Shown: positions 33,815 through 44,513 of the stretch, one piece after another | Position numbering within the stretch: position 1 is the first letter of the stretch | Layout: every line of letters starts with the position of its first letter | Origin: a virus | Strand: one strand, 5' to 3' | DNA length: 64,000 nt | Virus record (IMG/VR): IMGVR_UViG_3300005676_000020 | Span: 78,130 to 142,129 of that record | Position numbers and translations under genes: made by a program | Notes under the pieces: generated by a model | Told to the model about the DNA's origin: nothing | The model's database searches: none | The model's input: the letters and a program-made list of their open reading frames with translations, nothing else

Positions 33815-36597
33815 TGCAATTAGTATCAGCCTTTCAGCTAATGCAAGGTTTTAAAATGGACCAGAGGTTCTCCTGGGGTTCTCCAACAACTGCCCTTGTG
33901 CAACCTTTGCAAATGCTTCCTTATGACAAGAAAACCGACGAATGGCGAGCCTGGAACATGGACTGGTTGGAACTTAGGGGTCTTGAGCAGATTCGGATGA
34001 AGTATAAGTCGTTGACTAAGAACTACAACCTGGCCAACGGCATCATTGACAAGACTGACTATATTATCGAGGAAGATAACGAAAATAAAGACCTTATTGA
34101 CGCCCTTACCCGGGATTCTGACCCGGCTGGCATGACTGAGCTGCAGTTCTTCCCTATTATCCCCAATGTAGTAGACCTGCTTGTAGGAGAGTTCATGAAA
34201 AGAAATAACCGCGTAATCCCCTATGCGGTAGACGAACTCAGTCAAAACGAGAAACTTACCAAGAAGAAAGAACTGGTTGAACAAGTACTGATACAGCAAG
34301 CTCAGGTAGAGGTTATGCAAAACCTCATAGAAATGGGTGTAGAACTTGACAGTGAGGAGGCGATGCAACAACTGGCACCGGAAAGTATCAAAACACTGCC
34401 GGATGTAGAGAGGTTCATGAGAAAGAGCTATCGTTCTACCATAGAGCAATGGGCATCCCACCAAATCAATGCAGACCGTCTCCGGTTCCGTATGGATGAG
34501 CTTGAAGCTAGAGGTTTCAGGGATTCTTTGATTACAGACCAGGAATTCTGGGAAATAGTCCTTCTGGAAGATGACTATATGCCGAGATTGCTGGACCCAA
34601 GGACGGTGTTCGTCCATAAGTCTCCTGGTAAGAGATATGTATCCGAAGGAAACTTTGCCGGCTACATCGAACTGATGACTCTGGCCGATGTAATAGATAT
34701 CCATGGATGGAAGATGAGCGAGCAGGAAATACGTTCTTTGGAAAGTATATACCCTTCTACCAACTCCAACTTCCTTTTGAACCAACCTAATGACGGTTCT
34801 TACTACGATCCTACCAAGAGCTACGAAGAGAACGTAAAAACTGGCTCACTGCAGTTCAAGCAGCTGATGGCTTTTGAAGATGCATTCGGTCCAAAGAGAG
34901 GTTCAACTACCTTATTTGATTTCTTGCTTGAGGGCGAAAACAATACTCTTGCCAATCGTGACCTGTTCAGGGTCACTACTGCTTATTGGAAGAGTCAGAA
35001 AAGAGTAGGTCACCTTACCAAGATTGACGAGACCGGTGAACTGATACAATCGATTGTATCTGAAGACTTTGAAGTTACTGAAAAACCCTTATACGATAAT
35101 ACCTTCTTTAAAGAAAAGACCAAAGACACCCTGGTATTCGGAGAGCATATCGACTGGATATGGATAAACGAAACCTGGGGTGGCATAAAAATCGGAAGGA
35201 ATTCTCCAACGTCCCTGGTTCAGGGAACAAGAACCGACCCAGATCCAATCTATCTGGGAATAGGTGACAAGAAAAGACCTGACAGACTACCATTCCAGTT
35301 CAAAAGCGGCAGGTCCCTGTATGGAGCGCCTTTACCAATAGAAGGGGTTATCTCTTCTGACCGGAGTTCAATGTCTATGCCCATGGTAAGCCGGATGAAA
35401 CCTTTCCAGGTCAGCTTCAACATGGTCAACAACCAGATATCTGATATCTTGATTGATGAACTGGGTACGGTAATCGTAATAGACCAGAACATGCTGCCGC
35501 AGCATTCACTGGGAGAAAGTTGGGGTAAGAATAACCTGGCCAAGGCATATGTGGCCATGAAGAACTTCCAGATATTGCCTCTTGACACATCGCTTACAAA
35601 TACCGAGGCCCCTACTCACTTTAACAATCTTACAAAGCTGGACGCCTCTCAGACAGAGAGACTTCTTGGAAAAGTCCAGTTGGCGGAATACTTTAAGAAC
35701 CAGGCACTGGCTACTATTGGTATTACCGTAGAAAGAATGGGTACGGTAAACTCTCAGCAGACAGCTACCGGTACTCAAACGGCCGTCAACAACTCATATG
35801 CTCAAACTGAAAAGTATTTTACACAACACTCTGATTATCTGATGCCTAGAGTATGGGAACTCATGTTAAGTGCCTCCCAGTACTATAGTTCTACAGGTAA
35901 ACAGTCCATAACCTTGTCATATCGTAACGAACGTGACGAGGAAGTTATCTGGGAACTTCCAGATACGGCCGATATCTTCCCTAGAGATATTGATGTCCAT
36001 TGCACAACAAGCTTTGAACGTAAGGAACTTAAAAGGAAACTCGAGCAATTGGCTATTGAAAACAATACTACCGGCGCCTCTATCTACGACCTTGGCAGAA
36101 TCTTCACTTTAGACACTCCTACAGAGATACTCGAAGCTCTCCAGGAAAGCGAAATGAAGATGTTAAAGCAAAAAGAACAAGACGCTAAGTATCAACAAGA
36201 GCTTCAGGAACAAATGCTTGCTGCTCAGGCTGAAAAAGATATGCGCGATAAGGCTTTTGAAGCTGAAGAGAATGAAAAAGACCGTCGTGCCAAGATACTC
36301 AGCGACCAGATACGTGCTGCAGGATACCCTGATACCAGCGACAATGGTCAGGATGAGTACCTGAGCCGGCTCGAAATGATTCAAAGTCAGCGGGAATACC
36401 AGGATACCATGGACCTGAAGAGGGAACAGGAGTCTCAGAAGACTGAATTGGCCAGAGAACAGATGAATCTGAAGCGGGAGGAACTCCTGACAAAGAAAGA
36501 AATCTCTGATAACCAGCTGAGAATAGCCCGGGAAAACCAGACTAAGGCTGAAATCGAAAAGAGAAAGAAGGCAAAGGAAGCGAAAAAAAAGAAATAA
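33814..36597 (+). CDS. portal protein
   Basis: 927 aa directly after TerL; FFPIIPNVVDLLVGE, WINETWGGIKIG and a C-terminal coiled coil as in crAss-like portals. Confidence 0.85.
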   Translation: MQLVSAFQLMQGFKMDQRFSWGSPTTALVQPLQMLPYDKKTDEWRAWNMDWLELRGLEQIRMKYKSLTKNYNLANGIIDKTDYIIEEDNENKDLIDALTRDSDPAGMTELQFFPIIPNVVDLLVGEFMKRNNRVIPYAVDELSQNEKLTKKKELVEQVLIQQAQVEVMQNLIEMGVELDSEEAMQQLAPESIKTLPDVERFMRKSYRSTIEQWASHQINADRLRFRMDELEARGFRDSLITDQEFWEIVLLEDDYMPRLLDPRTVFVHKSPGKRYVSEGNFAGYIELMTLADVIDIHGWKMSEQEIRSLESIYPSTNSNFLLNQPNDGSYYDPTKSYEENVKTGSLQFKQLMAFEDAFGPKRGSTTLFDFLLEGENNTLANRDLFRVTTAYWKSQKRVGHLTKIDETGELIQSIVSEDFEVTEKPLYDNTFFKEKTKDTLVFGEHIDWIWINETWGGIKIGRNSPTSLVQGTRTDPDPIYLGIGDKKRPDRLPFQFKSGRSLYGAPLPIEGVISSDRSSMSMPMVSRMKPFQVSFNMVNNQISDILIDELGTVIVIDQNMLPQHSLGESWGKNNLAKAYVAMKNFQILPLDTSLTNTEAPTHFNNLTKLDASQTERLLGKVQLAEYFKNQALATIGITVERMGTVNSQQTATGTQTAVNNSYAQTEKYFTQHSDYLMPRVWELMLSASQYYSSTGKQSITLSYRNERDEEVIWELPDTADIFPRDIDVHCTTSFERKELKRKLEQLAIENNTTGASIYDLGRIFTLDTPTEILEALQESEMKMLKQKEQDAKYQQELQEQMLAAQAEKDMRDKAFEAEENEKDRRAKILSDQIRAAGYPDTSDNGQDEYLSRLEMIQSQREYQDTMDLKREQESQKTELAREQMNLKREELLTKKEISDNQLRIARENQTKAEIEKRKKAKEAKKKK

Positions 36598-36685
36598 AAG
36601 AAATGTAGAGGTGGCATTTTAGCCATATACTACAGAAAAATTATATAGAGTAAATTGAAAATGTTGTTTTTCAACAACTTAGTCC

Positions 36686-36698
36686 TATATTATTAATG
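36686..36698 (+). promoter_or_regulatory. putative late promoter element TATATTATTAATG
   Basis: Identical 13-mer at 41556-41568; related TATATTATATTG at 43416. Confidence 0.5.
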
Positions 36699-36718
36699 AA
36701 GAATAAAATCAAACCATT

Positions 36719-37954
36719 ATGTCAGAAAATACTATGTCTACAGCTGTCAAAGAAGTAACCTTTGACGCGGTTATCGCAGAGTTCGAAAAGACTGACGATC
36801 AACCAACAATAACACCAAAGTTCGTACCTAAAGAGGACGAAAACCATCAAATTCTTAATCAACCTGTAAAAAAGGAAGAAGAGAAGAAGGAGGTGGAAGA
36901 AGTTGACCCTAAAAAAACAGTGGTCGAAAAGAAGGAAGAAGTCAAAGATGTTACATCGGTCTTAGATAAGACCGGTGAAGAAGAGGAAGAAGAGGACGAC
37001 AAAAAGGATAATACGCCAGCTAACATGGCTTCTATCCTGGAAGATCTTACAAAAGAAGACATCATATTTCCATTTGCTGAGGACAAACCTTTGTCAGAGT
37101 ATAGTGTGGAGGATGTCAAAGAGTTGCTCAAAGCTAATATCGAATATCATAAGAAGGAGGCTTTGAACACAGAAATAAACGAGTTCTTTGAATCGTTGCC
37201 GACTGAAATCCAATATGCTGCAAAGTATGTGGCAGATGGTGGAACAGACTTGAAAGGTTTGTTCAAGGCCCTGGCTGCGACTGAAGAGATCAGAACCTTG
37301 GACGTAAAACAAGTAAAGGACCGAGAGTCAATCATCCGGGAATACTACCGGGCCATTGACTGGGGTACTGAATCTGAAATCGAAGAAGAAGTAGAAAGGG
37401 TTAAAGAGTTGGGAGAGAGTGAGTTAGAGAAACTTGCTAATAAGTACAAGCCGAAGTTGGAAAAGATGCACGAAGAAGTGATAAAACAACAACTTGACCG
37501 GCAGTCTAAAGCAAGGCAAAGGCAAGAGCAGGAAATGAACGATTACCTGGAAAATGCCAACGACACCATAATCTCCGGCAAACTCGGTGATATTCAGCTG
37601 GATAAAAAGACCCAGGCTGCATTATGGGCAGGGTTAACTCAGCCGAACTATCAGACAAGGCGTGGCGCGGCAACGAACGAACTTGGTCACTTGCTTGAAA
37701 AATACCAGTATACAGAACCCAATTTTGAGCTGGTTTACAAAGCATTATGGCTTCTGAGAGATGAGAAAGGCTTCGAAGAGGCAATGGCCAAGAAACTAAA
37801 AAATGAGGTAGTATCCCAGACCGTCCGTGTTCTAAAAACCGAACAGGGCAAGAAGGCAGCTACCGGCGAATCAGAAAAAGAAAAAGCTCCGGCAAAGAAA
37901 CAAAAAGTGATTCCAAGACAGACGCCGTCTTTTCTTTCTGGACTAAAAGGTTAA
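36719..37954 (+). CDS. putative scaffolding protein
   Basis: Acidic, helical, between portal and MCP. Confidence 0.6.
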   Translation: MSENTMSTAVKEVTFDAVIAEFEKTDDQPTITPKFVPKEDENHQILNQPVKKEEEKKEVEEVDPKKTVVEKKEEVKDVTSVLDKTGEEEEEEDDKKDNTPANMASILEDLTKEDIIFPFAEDKPLSEYSVEDVKELLKANIEYHKKEALNTEINEFFESLPTEIQYAAKYVADGGTDLKGLFKALAATEEIRTLDVKQVKDRESIIREYYRAIDWGTESEIEEEVERVKELGESELEKLANKYKPKLEKMHEEVIKQQLDRQSKARQRQEQEMNDYLENANDTIISGKLGDIQLDKKTQAALWAGLTQPNYQTRRGAATNELGHLLEKYQYTEPNFELVYKALWLLRDEKGFEEAMAKKLKNEVVSQTVRVLKTEQGKKAATGESEKEKAPAKKQKVIPRQTPSFLSGLKG

Positions 37955-37971
37955 ATTAAAACAACAATAAA

Positions 37972-39615
37972 ATGTCAAACACCCCAGTACTAAACAACGG
38001 TCTGTTTGTACGTGATACATCCTTTAAGGTTGAAAGTCACGTAGACAGCTACCACTTGCTTAACTTGGTTAAGCAGGAACAACCCACCGACCTTGGTGTG
38101 GTTGACCTTTGGGCCATGACCCAAAAGGTAGAAGCTCCGCTTTATCAGCTGGCTTCTTTTAAAGGTAGGAACGTTATTTCTGTAGACGACCCTAAAGGTC
38201 AGTACAAATGGCGTATTCCGACTGCACAGGATCTCACTATTATCGTAGAGGACATCTCTGATGTAGACAAACCTGGTATTGACGGAACAACTTTCCGTAT
38301 CAAAACCAATCGCCGGTCTTTCGGCTACGGCTCAGTTCTCGGCTTCTCTAAGTATGCCGGTCCCGAGCTTTACGTAGTTCCTGAAGATGTTGCGAAAATT
38401 GAACCTCATGGTGACGGTTGGGCTTATACAGTTCAGCTTGTCAACAATGACAACTTCAGATTCATCGACAAGAAGTATCTGAAGAACGGAACAAAAATCT
38501 TCCGTAAAACGTCAGTAAGAGGTGAGCACGGTCGTAGCTACGATGACCTGGGTGTTCTTAGCTCAGGATATCGTGAGTACTACAACTACGTTGGTGGTGC
38601 TGAAGCTCACTCTCACTACTCAGTTTCCAGCAGAGCCGCTCTTATTGAAAAGAATGGAGTTACTGCAAATGGTGGTCTTAAAGTGACTGAAATTTGGAGA
38701 AGCTTTGATCCAGGTCTGGACCCAACAATTACCACTCTTGACGGTATGGTAAATAAGATGGGTGAAGACTACGTAAGGCGTTCTATGAGCAACGGTACCT
38801 TGTTAAGAGGTTGGTTGCCGGCAATGGAAGCTGCTCACGTAAGTAAGATTGCAAGGGATATCGAAACCTACCTCATGTGGGGTACTGGTGGCCGTATCCG
38901 TGAAAACGCAGATGACGTTCGTTTGAGTGTAGGTCTGTGGCATCAGCTTGACAGTTCTTACCGCAGGGTTTACAACAAGGCTCAGTTTAACCTGGACTTG
39001 TTCCGTAGCGAGTTGTTCAACTTCTTTAATGGTAAAGAGAACTTTGTAGGTCCTGATCCTAAGAGAAGTATTGTAGTTCAAACCGGTCTTGCCGGTATGA
39101 AACTGGCAACAGAAGCTATTGCAAAATACGCTTTCGCTCACGGATTTACAGTTAACGCCAGCGACATCGGCGCTATCACTAACAAAGGTATGGATTTGGG
39201 CTTCGGCTTCTCATTCACCTCATTCGTGATTCCATTCATCGCAAACGTTAAGTTTGTACTGAATCCTGCCCTGGATCCAGTTCATGACAATGACCTGGAC
39301 AACCCGATAATCGACGGTTATCGTCTTAGCTCTTACAGCTTCATCATATTTGATGTAACTGAGAACATGAACGATAATATCTATCTGTTGAAGCACTCAA
39401 TCTACGACAAAGGTCTGATCTGGTTCGTAGAAGAAGGTGACATGTCTTACATGGCTCGTCAGCTTCAGGGCTTCAAGGGTAATCCTAAGATTTCCGGTTA
39501 CGCAGTATATATGCGTCAAACAATGCCAAGCATCTGGGTTAAAGACCCCACTAAGGTTCTGAAGATAGTTATGAGGAACCCGATCACCGGTCTTGCCTTC
39601 GGTGCGGCTAAGTAA
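37972..39615 (+). CDS. major capsid protein
   Basis: 547 aa; position in the TerL-portal-scaffold-MCP order; LMWGTGG...SVGLWHQL and IWVKDPTKV motifs. Confidence 0.8.
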   Translation: MSNTPVLNNGLFVRDTSFKVESHVDSYHLLNLVKQEQPTDLGVVDLWAMTQKVEAPLYQLASFKGRNVISVDDPKGQYKWRIPTAQDLTIIVEDISDVDKPGIDGTTFRIKTNRRSFGYGSVLGFSKYAGPELYVVPEDVAKIEPHGDGWAYTVQLVNNDNFRFIDKKYLKNGTKIFRKTSVRGEHGRSYDDLGVLSSGYREYYNYVGGAEAHSHYSVSSRAALIEKNGVTANGGLKVTEIWRSFDPGLDPTITTLDGMVNKMGEDYVRRSMSNGTLLRGWLPAMEAAHVSKIARDIETYLMWGTGGRIRENADDVRLSVGLWHQLDSSYRRVYNKAQFNLDLFRSELFNFFNGKENFVGPDPKRSIVVQTGLAGMKLATEAIAKYAFAHGFTVNASDIGAITNKGMDLGFGFSFTSFVIPFIANVKFVLNPALDPVHDNDLDNPIIDGYRLSSYSFIIFDVTENMNDNIYLLKHSIYDKGLIWFVEEGDMSYMARQLQGFKGNPKISGYAVYMRQTMPSIWVKDPTKVLKIVMRNPITGLAFGAAK

Positions 39616-39698
39616 TAATTGGGATGCGCCTTGGTACGGGCCCCTTGCGGGTATTGCGCAGTACGAATAAAGTATCTGAATAAGTACATCTTCCCATA

Positions 39699-39764
39699 AC
39701 GATGTTCCGCGTGGACGAACGGTAATTAAGTTTACCCGGCCTGGCTCGATACCAGGACATCGTC
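39699..39764 (+). ncRNA. tRNA-like structured element
   Basis: 7-bp ACGATGT/ACATCGT stem stacked on the T-arm CCTGG-CTCGATA-CCAGG, plus a GGTAA/TTACC arm. Confidence 0.5.
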
Positions 39765-39790
39765 AAAGAGAATAACATAAAAATCAAATC

Positions 39791-40849
39791 ATGGCAACTA
39801 CAGTGAAAAAAACAAACCAAACCCCGACTGTTGGCGGGCATTCCAACCTGGTAGATGAATTTCGCCAGTACAAGTCAACAGACATTATTATCAGACCTTA
39901 CATCAACCCTGAAGAACCGATTCAGAATATGGGTCTTGAAAAGTATGGTCAGGTGCTCTTTGAAGGAACGATGCATGAACAGCAACTCCGATGTACGATG
40001 ATCAATGGCGTAACTCGCTATATCACCGGTCTGGATGAGTTTGCAGAGGAGGTGAAAAGACTCCCTGATGCTGAAAGAGAAGCTCGTATAAAGGTGATAC
40101 GGGAGACTGTATCAATGTTAGAGCGTGAGATATATGCGAACGAACTGGATGTGAACGATCCTTCGTTCTGGTCAAAGACCGTATTCTCTCCTAATAGAAC
40201 CGAGTACTGGAGTACAGTTACGTTTAGTATCGGCAACGAAGGTAAATCACTGGACCCTAAAGATCCTCACCAATTGATTTTGATTATCGCCGCAGAGGCA
40301 GGAGGATTTGATGACGTAGCCGGTTCATACGACGAAGCTAAATCATCTGCTAAGCCCCCTAAGTTCTACCTGGAACGCAGGAAAGATACTAAAGTACAGG
40401 AAGCTAGGCTTAAGCAACTCAGGGACAAGGCAATATACGAACTGTATAAGATTCGCCAGGAAGAACCTCAAAAGTTATTCTGGTTTGCCAAAAACCTGTT
40501 GCCGATTGCAAATCAGTACAAAAAGACTGACCCGATTGAAATCTGGTACAGTGACCTGAGCTCCTTTATTGAAGGAACCGGTATTGAGCAGGATAAGAAG
40601 AAAGCGCCGGTTAAGTTCATTACCATGACAGAAAAGGAAATGGACTATATTCAAATCCGGGCATATGTACTTGAAGCAGCGTTCTTGAAACATCTGATAA
40701 CAAAAGCAGATAACCGAATTTATAACAGGGAGACCAATACGATGCTTGGTGGAAACCTCGAAGAAGTAGTGGAATTCCTTAAACAACCTGTCAATCAGAA
40801 TGAACTGGATGCTATCCAGGATAGGATTGACAAGATATGGAGTAGATAA
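39791..40849 (+). CDS. conserved virion-module protein
   Basis: Directly after MCP; QNMGLEKYG...RYITGLDEFA. Confidence 0.65.
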   Translation: MATTVKKTNQTPTVGGHSNLVDEFRQYKSTDIIIRPYINPEEPIQNMGLEKYGQVLFEGTMHEQQLRCTMINGVTRYITGLDEFAEEVKRLPDAEREARIKVIRETVSMLEREIYANELDVNDPSFWSKTVFSPNRTEYWSTVTFSIGNEGKSLDPKDPHQLILIIAAEAGGFDDVAGSYDEAKSSAKPPKFYLERRKDTKVQEARLKQLRDKAIYELYKIRQEEPQKLFWFAKNLLPIANQYKKTDPIEIWYSDLSSFIEGTGIEQDKKKAPVKFITMTEKEMDYIQIRAYVLEAAFLKHLITKADNRIYNRETNTMLGGNLEEVVEFLKQPVNQNELDAIQDRIDKIWSR

Positions 40850-40851
40850 CC

Positions 40852-41550
40852 ATGGACAATAAACTCCTCAGGCTGAAGTTAAAGCAAAGGCTAAATAAGC
40901 TGGCAAGCAATGATTTCACCAATCTGGAGTGTTGGCAGGAAGCTGAGCTTATCAACAAAGCCCAGTTACAGATAGTGAGAAGGAACCTTCACGGAAATAA
41001 CATATACCAGGAGGGTGACGAACAGTCTACTACTAGAGTAGACGACTTCCAGAAACTTCTCCTGCAGAAAGAACTCCGTGGCACAAACAATCTACTGTTC
41101 TTTGAAACCGTTCCTTTGCCTCCTAACTACTTGAAGTTCAAGCGGGTAACCGTCTGGGCTACAACAAAAGAATGTAAGACGGAGCGGAGAATGACAGTTT
41201 CTCTTGTCGAAGAAGCTAACATTGATGAGCTTCTGGCAGACAACCTGCTAAGACCTTCGTTCAAATGGGCAGAAACCTTCTGTACATTGATCGGAGATAA
41301 GGTGAGAATCTATACCGGTGGCGACTTTTCAGTACAGGAATGCAGGCTGACCTACTATAGGATGCCAAGACCTGTAATATTCGAAGGTTGCCGGGATGTT
41401 AACGATAACGCCGGCACAGACCAGGAACTGGAATTCAAGGACGATGTCATCGAAATGATACTCGATGAGGCTGTTGCGATAGCTGCAGCCGACATGAACG
41501 ACTACAATAACTACAGTCGTGCAAAAGAAAATGTAGAAAATGGCAATTAA
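40852..41550 (+). CDS. putative tail ring/adaptor protein
   Basis: LNKLASND...INKAQ...LTYYRMP...EMILDEAV.IAA resembles crAss ring proteins. Confidence 0.6.
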   Translation: MDNKLLRLKLKQRLNKLASNDFTNLECWQEAELINKAQLQIVRRNLHGNNIYQEGDEQSTTRVDDFQKLLLQKELRGTNNLLFFETVPLPPNYLKFKRVTVWATTKECKTERRMTVSLVEEANIDELLADNLLRPSFKWAETFCTLIGDKVRIYTGGDFSVQECRLTYYRMPRPVIFEGCRDVNDNAGTDQELEFKDDVIEMILDEAVAIAAADMNDYNNYSRAKENVENGN

Positions 41551-41596
41551 ATGCTTATATTATTAATGTCTATTTATTAACCTAAAAACGTAAAAC

Positions 41597-43333
41597 ATGT
41601 ATTTTTCTAACCACTTCCACAAGGCGTTTTTGAACCTGTCCGGTGCCATTAGGCAAACCGGTGCTAGTTCAGACCTGATCGCCGGTCAGTTGGGTTTTGC
41701 AGATGCAAAAACCTGGGACCTGGTCAGCGTAGCAAATGCCGACGTGGCAAATCACCCGTTAGTTGTTCTGTGTCAGGGTTCACTCTACCAGAACGATAAA
41801 ATCGGAAAATTCCATGGTGGCTACATGGAATCTGTAAAATCAAGACCTATCAACGGTCGACTCATCACCAAGTTTACAAAATTTGTACCTCGCGATGAGA
41901 AGCCACATGCTGTTCAAATTGGCTACAATGGTAACGTAGATTGTGCCTGCCCTGAATTCGAGAAAGACAAAACTTACTACCTGCGCGTAGAAGTTAAAGG
42001 TTCTCCTGTTCTGCGTACTTACACCAGGAACCTGTACAGGACCTTTGGTGTGTACACCGGCTGCCCTTCTGCCGATTGTCCTGATTTGACATGTTCACAG
42101 ACAGCTGACCCCAAAAAGGTTTTCGAAGCTTTTGCAGCTCAGATTGTAGAAGACCCCGAAATCGCCCAGTTCTTAAAAGAAGTAAAAGTAGTAACACAAG
42201 GTACAACCTCTGTTACCGGCTCTACTGTAAGAACTTACAGAGGTTCTGTATGCGATGAAGGTAACATCCGGGCAATCGCCGAAGTGCTTGCTCACTTCCC
42301 TAAAGCAAAGCTTGTAGACCGCCAGGGTAATACCAGCACCTACGAGATCAAAACTGTAGACGATGCCGTTGCTCCAGATGACCTGGATGGTGGCGAACTC
42401 TCTTGTGGAGATCTGGTATGGAGCCTGTATAATATCTCCTACAAGGTTCAGAAAGTAATCTGTCTGACCTTGCCGCTGAAAAGCGACGGTTCTTCTAACC
42501 TGAGCGATGTTCAGACCGCTTTTGCCGACAACGACAAGATCGTAGAAGGTTCAATCGTTCTGGGCGATGGTAACTGTACTACTACAACTACCACTACCAG
42601 CTCAACCACAACCACTTCTACATCAACTACTACAACTACTACCGAAGCTGGAACCAGCTACGTAGGTTGTACTGAAACAATCCAGGCTACTATCCTGTCT
42701 GACAACGAAGTCGACCTGGTTTGCGAAGGTGTTGATTCTGCAGTATTCTCTATGCCACAGTCCTACAACGGATATATGTGGGAAGAGTGTCCTTGCTGCA
42801 CTGTAGCTGACGATACTGACCAGTGTGTTGGTCTTCGTCTGGTTGCTAAGAAGAGCACCGAGATCACTGACCAGTTCTCTAACTGCAGCTTCGACCCAAT
42901 GGATCATGTTGAAACTGAGCCCATTACGATAATCGTAAGCTTCGTTAACATGTTCGGTGAAGCTTGTAGCTTCAAATCCCTGCCTGTTACCGAAATCCAG
43001 CAGCCGGTTATCCCAGAAGGTCTTGGAGAGTTCGCTCTGAGAGAGCTTCTGTTGAGCGCAAGCTACCAGCAGGATTGGTTCACTGGTGACCAAAGGATGA
43101 GAGAAGTGTTGAGCTTCCCTTACCTGGATGCCATCGATCGCAAGGCCAAATATGTGATATACACTATCACACACACCATCCCCACAGGCATAGGACCTTC
43201 CGGTACTATCGGCCAGGATAGGTTCCTCTACAAAATCTTCGTAGAACAAGGCGTAAACGCCTCTACTTTCGAAGGTTGGATGAACGCCTACCTGACCTCT
43301 GCAGGAACTGGTGTAGCACTCGAAACACTGTAA
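41597..43333 (+). CDS. abundant structural protein with internal poly-Thr tract
   Basis: Has its own promoter element and terminator; CTTTTTTTSSTTTTSTSTTTTTTE. Confidence 0.65.
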   Translation: MYFSNHFHKAFLNLSGAIRQTGASSDLIAGQLGFADAKTWDLVSVANADVANHPLVVLCQGSLYQNDKIGKFHGGYMESVKSRPINGRLITKFTKFVPRDEKPHAVQIGYNGNVDCACPEFEKDKTYYLRVEVKGSPVLRTYTRNLYRTFGVYTGCPSADCPDLTCSQTADPKKVFEAFAAQIVEDPEIAQFLKEVKVVTQGTTSVTGSTVRTYRGSVCDEGNIRAIAEVLAHFPKAKLVDRQGNTSTYEIKTVDDAVAPDDLDGGELSCGDLVWSLYNISYKVQKVICLTLPLKSDGSSNLSDVQTAFADNDKIVEGSIVLGDGNCTTTTTTTSSTTTTSTSTTTTTTEAGTSYVGCTETIQATILSDNEVDLVCEGVDSAVFSMPQSYNGYMWEECPCCTVADDTDQCVGLRLVAKKSTEITDQFSNCSFDPMDHVETEPITIIVSFVNMFGEACSFKSLPVTEIQQPVIPEGLGEFALRELLLSASYQQDWFTGDQRMREVLSFPYLDAIDRKAKYVIYTITHTIPTGIGPSGTIGQDRFLYKIFVEQGVNASTFEGWMNAYLTSAGTGVALETL

Positions 43334-43360
43334 TTTAGCATAGGCCCTTCTTCACAAAGT

Positions 43361-43391
43361 AAGCCGCCCCTTTCTAGGGGTGGCTTTTTTT
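43361..43391 (+). terminator. intrinsic terminator
   Basis: AAGCCGCCCCT-TTCT-AGGGGTGGCTT followed by a T-run. Confidence 0.85.
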
Positions 43392-43440
43392 CTTGGCAGT
43401 GTCCTATTTTAGGTGTATATTATATTGAAAAACTCTGTCT

Positions 43441-43995
43441 ATGGCCCATGAACTTTCTCTGGAAGTACCTTCTATTTCCAACCCCAAAGCAATGAGAATC
43501 TACGATACTTCGCTTTGGGATGACACTTTGACGGTTACCAGCCGGAAGCTGGATATTATACCGCCAGGGTATACTAACTCTACCACATTTACAGTGGTCA
43601 AGGGCTTTGACGAGCTGTACAACTCCTCAAACCTGGGAATAACCTCAACCACCGACCCATCAGCGATGTCAAACCTTCCTGATGGGATATATATTTTAAG
43701 GCTTACGGCCATTCATGGTTCAGATGAAGTATGGGTTGAATATAACCATCTCAGACAGGTTTGTCTTTTAAAAGATTATTACAAAGCTCTCTGTACTCTC
43801 AACTTCTATCCATGTGATACTATAGATGTGAATCTTGAGGCGAAACGGAAAGAGTTAATGACCATTAAGTCCTACATTGACGCGGCCAAAGCTAAGGTTG
43901 AATGGTGTAATGCTCCCGGTGAGGGGATAGCGCTACACAACTTTGCCAGGAAGATGATGGACCGGTTCTCTTTAGAAAAATGTAAAAACTGTTAA
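43441..43995 (+). CDS. putative virion protein
   Basis: LPDGIY.L...YNHLR motif; structural module. Confidence 0.6.
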   Translation: MAHELSLEVPSISNPKAMRIYDTSLWDDTLTVTSRKLDIIPPGYTNSTTFTVVKGFDELYNSSNLGITSTTDPSAMSNLPDGIYILRLTAIHGSDEVWVEYNHLRQVCLLKDYYKALCTLNFYPCDTIDVNLEAKRKELMTIKSYIDAAKAKVEWCNAPGEGIALHNFARKMMDRFSLEKCKNC

Positions 43996-43996
43996 T

Positions 43997-44173
43997 ATGG
44001 GCGCAGCGGTATGTCCAAATTGTGGAACCAAGTATAGCTGTTCATGTAAACTAAGGACTGCATCAGACGGGACAAAATGTTGCTCAAAATGCATCCAGAC
44101 CTATGAACAGAGGAAGAAAGCAACCAAACCGGCGGTAAATCTAAATGTAATAAACGTTAAGACTAATGGTTAG
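43997..44173 (+). CDS. small Cys-rich protein (58 aa)
   Basis: Hand translation MGAAVCPNCGTKYSCSCKLRTASDGTKCCSKC... Confidence 0.6.
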   Translation: MGAAVCPNCGTKYSCSCKLRTASDGTKCCSKCIQTYEQRKKATKPAVNLNVINVKTNG

Positions 44174-44513
44174 TTGCTATGAAAGCCTTGATAACGGACT
44201 GGAATGTCAGCTAAAGAAGATAAAATGCTTGTTTGCTGACAGGATCTATTCTAATTTCAAGGAGATAAAATATGGTATACGTCCCTGTAAGGAGATGTAT
44301 TCGGTTCTGTTCTTGTCAGATATGAAGGAGTTGTTGGAATATATCTACTCTATGGACCTTTCTAACTTCGACAAAAATACTTACAAGAACTCAATACTGA
44401 ACAACGACCAGCTTTTACAAATGGCGAAGGACGGGTGTATCCCTGAATTTGCCGTAGAGACACTGAAGGTATGTAACATATCAACACTAATAGAAAAAAT
44501 CAACTCACTGTGA
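44166..44513 (+). CDS. hypothetical structural-module protein
   Basis: ORF track. Confidence 0.6.
   Translation: MVSCYESLDNGLECQLKKIKCLFADRIYSNFKEIKYGIRPCKEMYSVLFLSDMKELLEYIYSMDLSNFDKNTYKNSILNNDQLLQMAKDGCIPEFAVETLKVCNISTLIEKINSL

Noticed and set aside
33838-34785. 315-aa antisense ORF (and the many other opposite-strand ORFs in the track)
   Set aside because: These are shadows of well-supported genes such as the portal, with no recognisable motifs.
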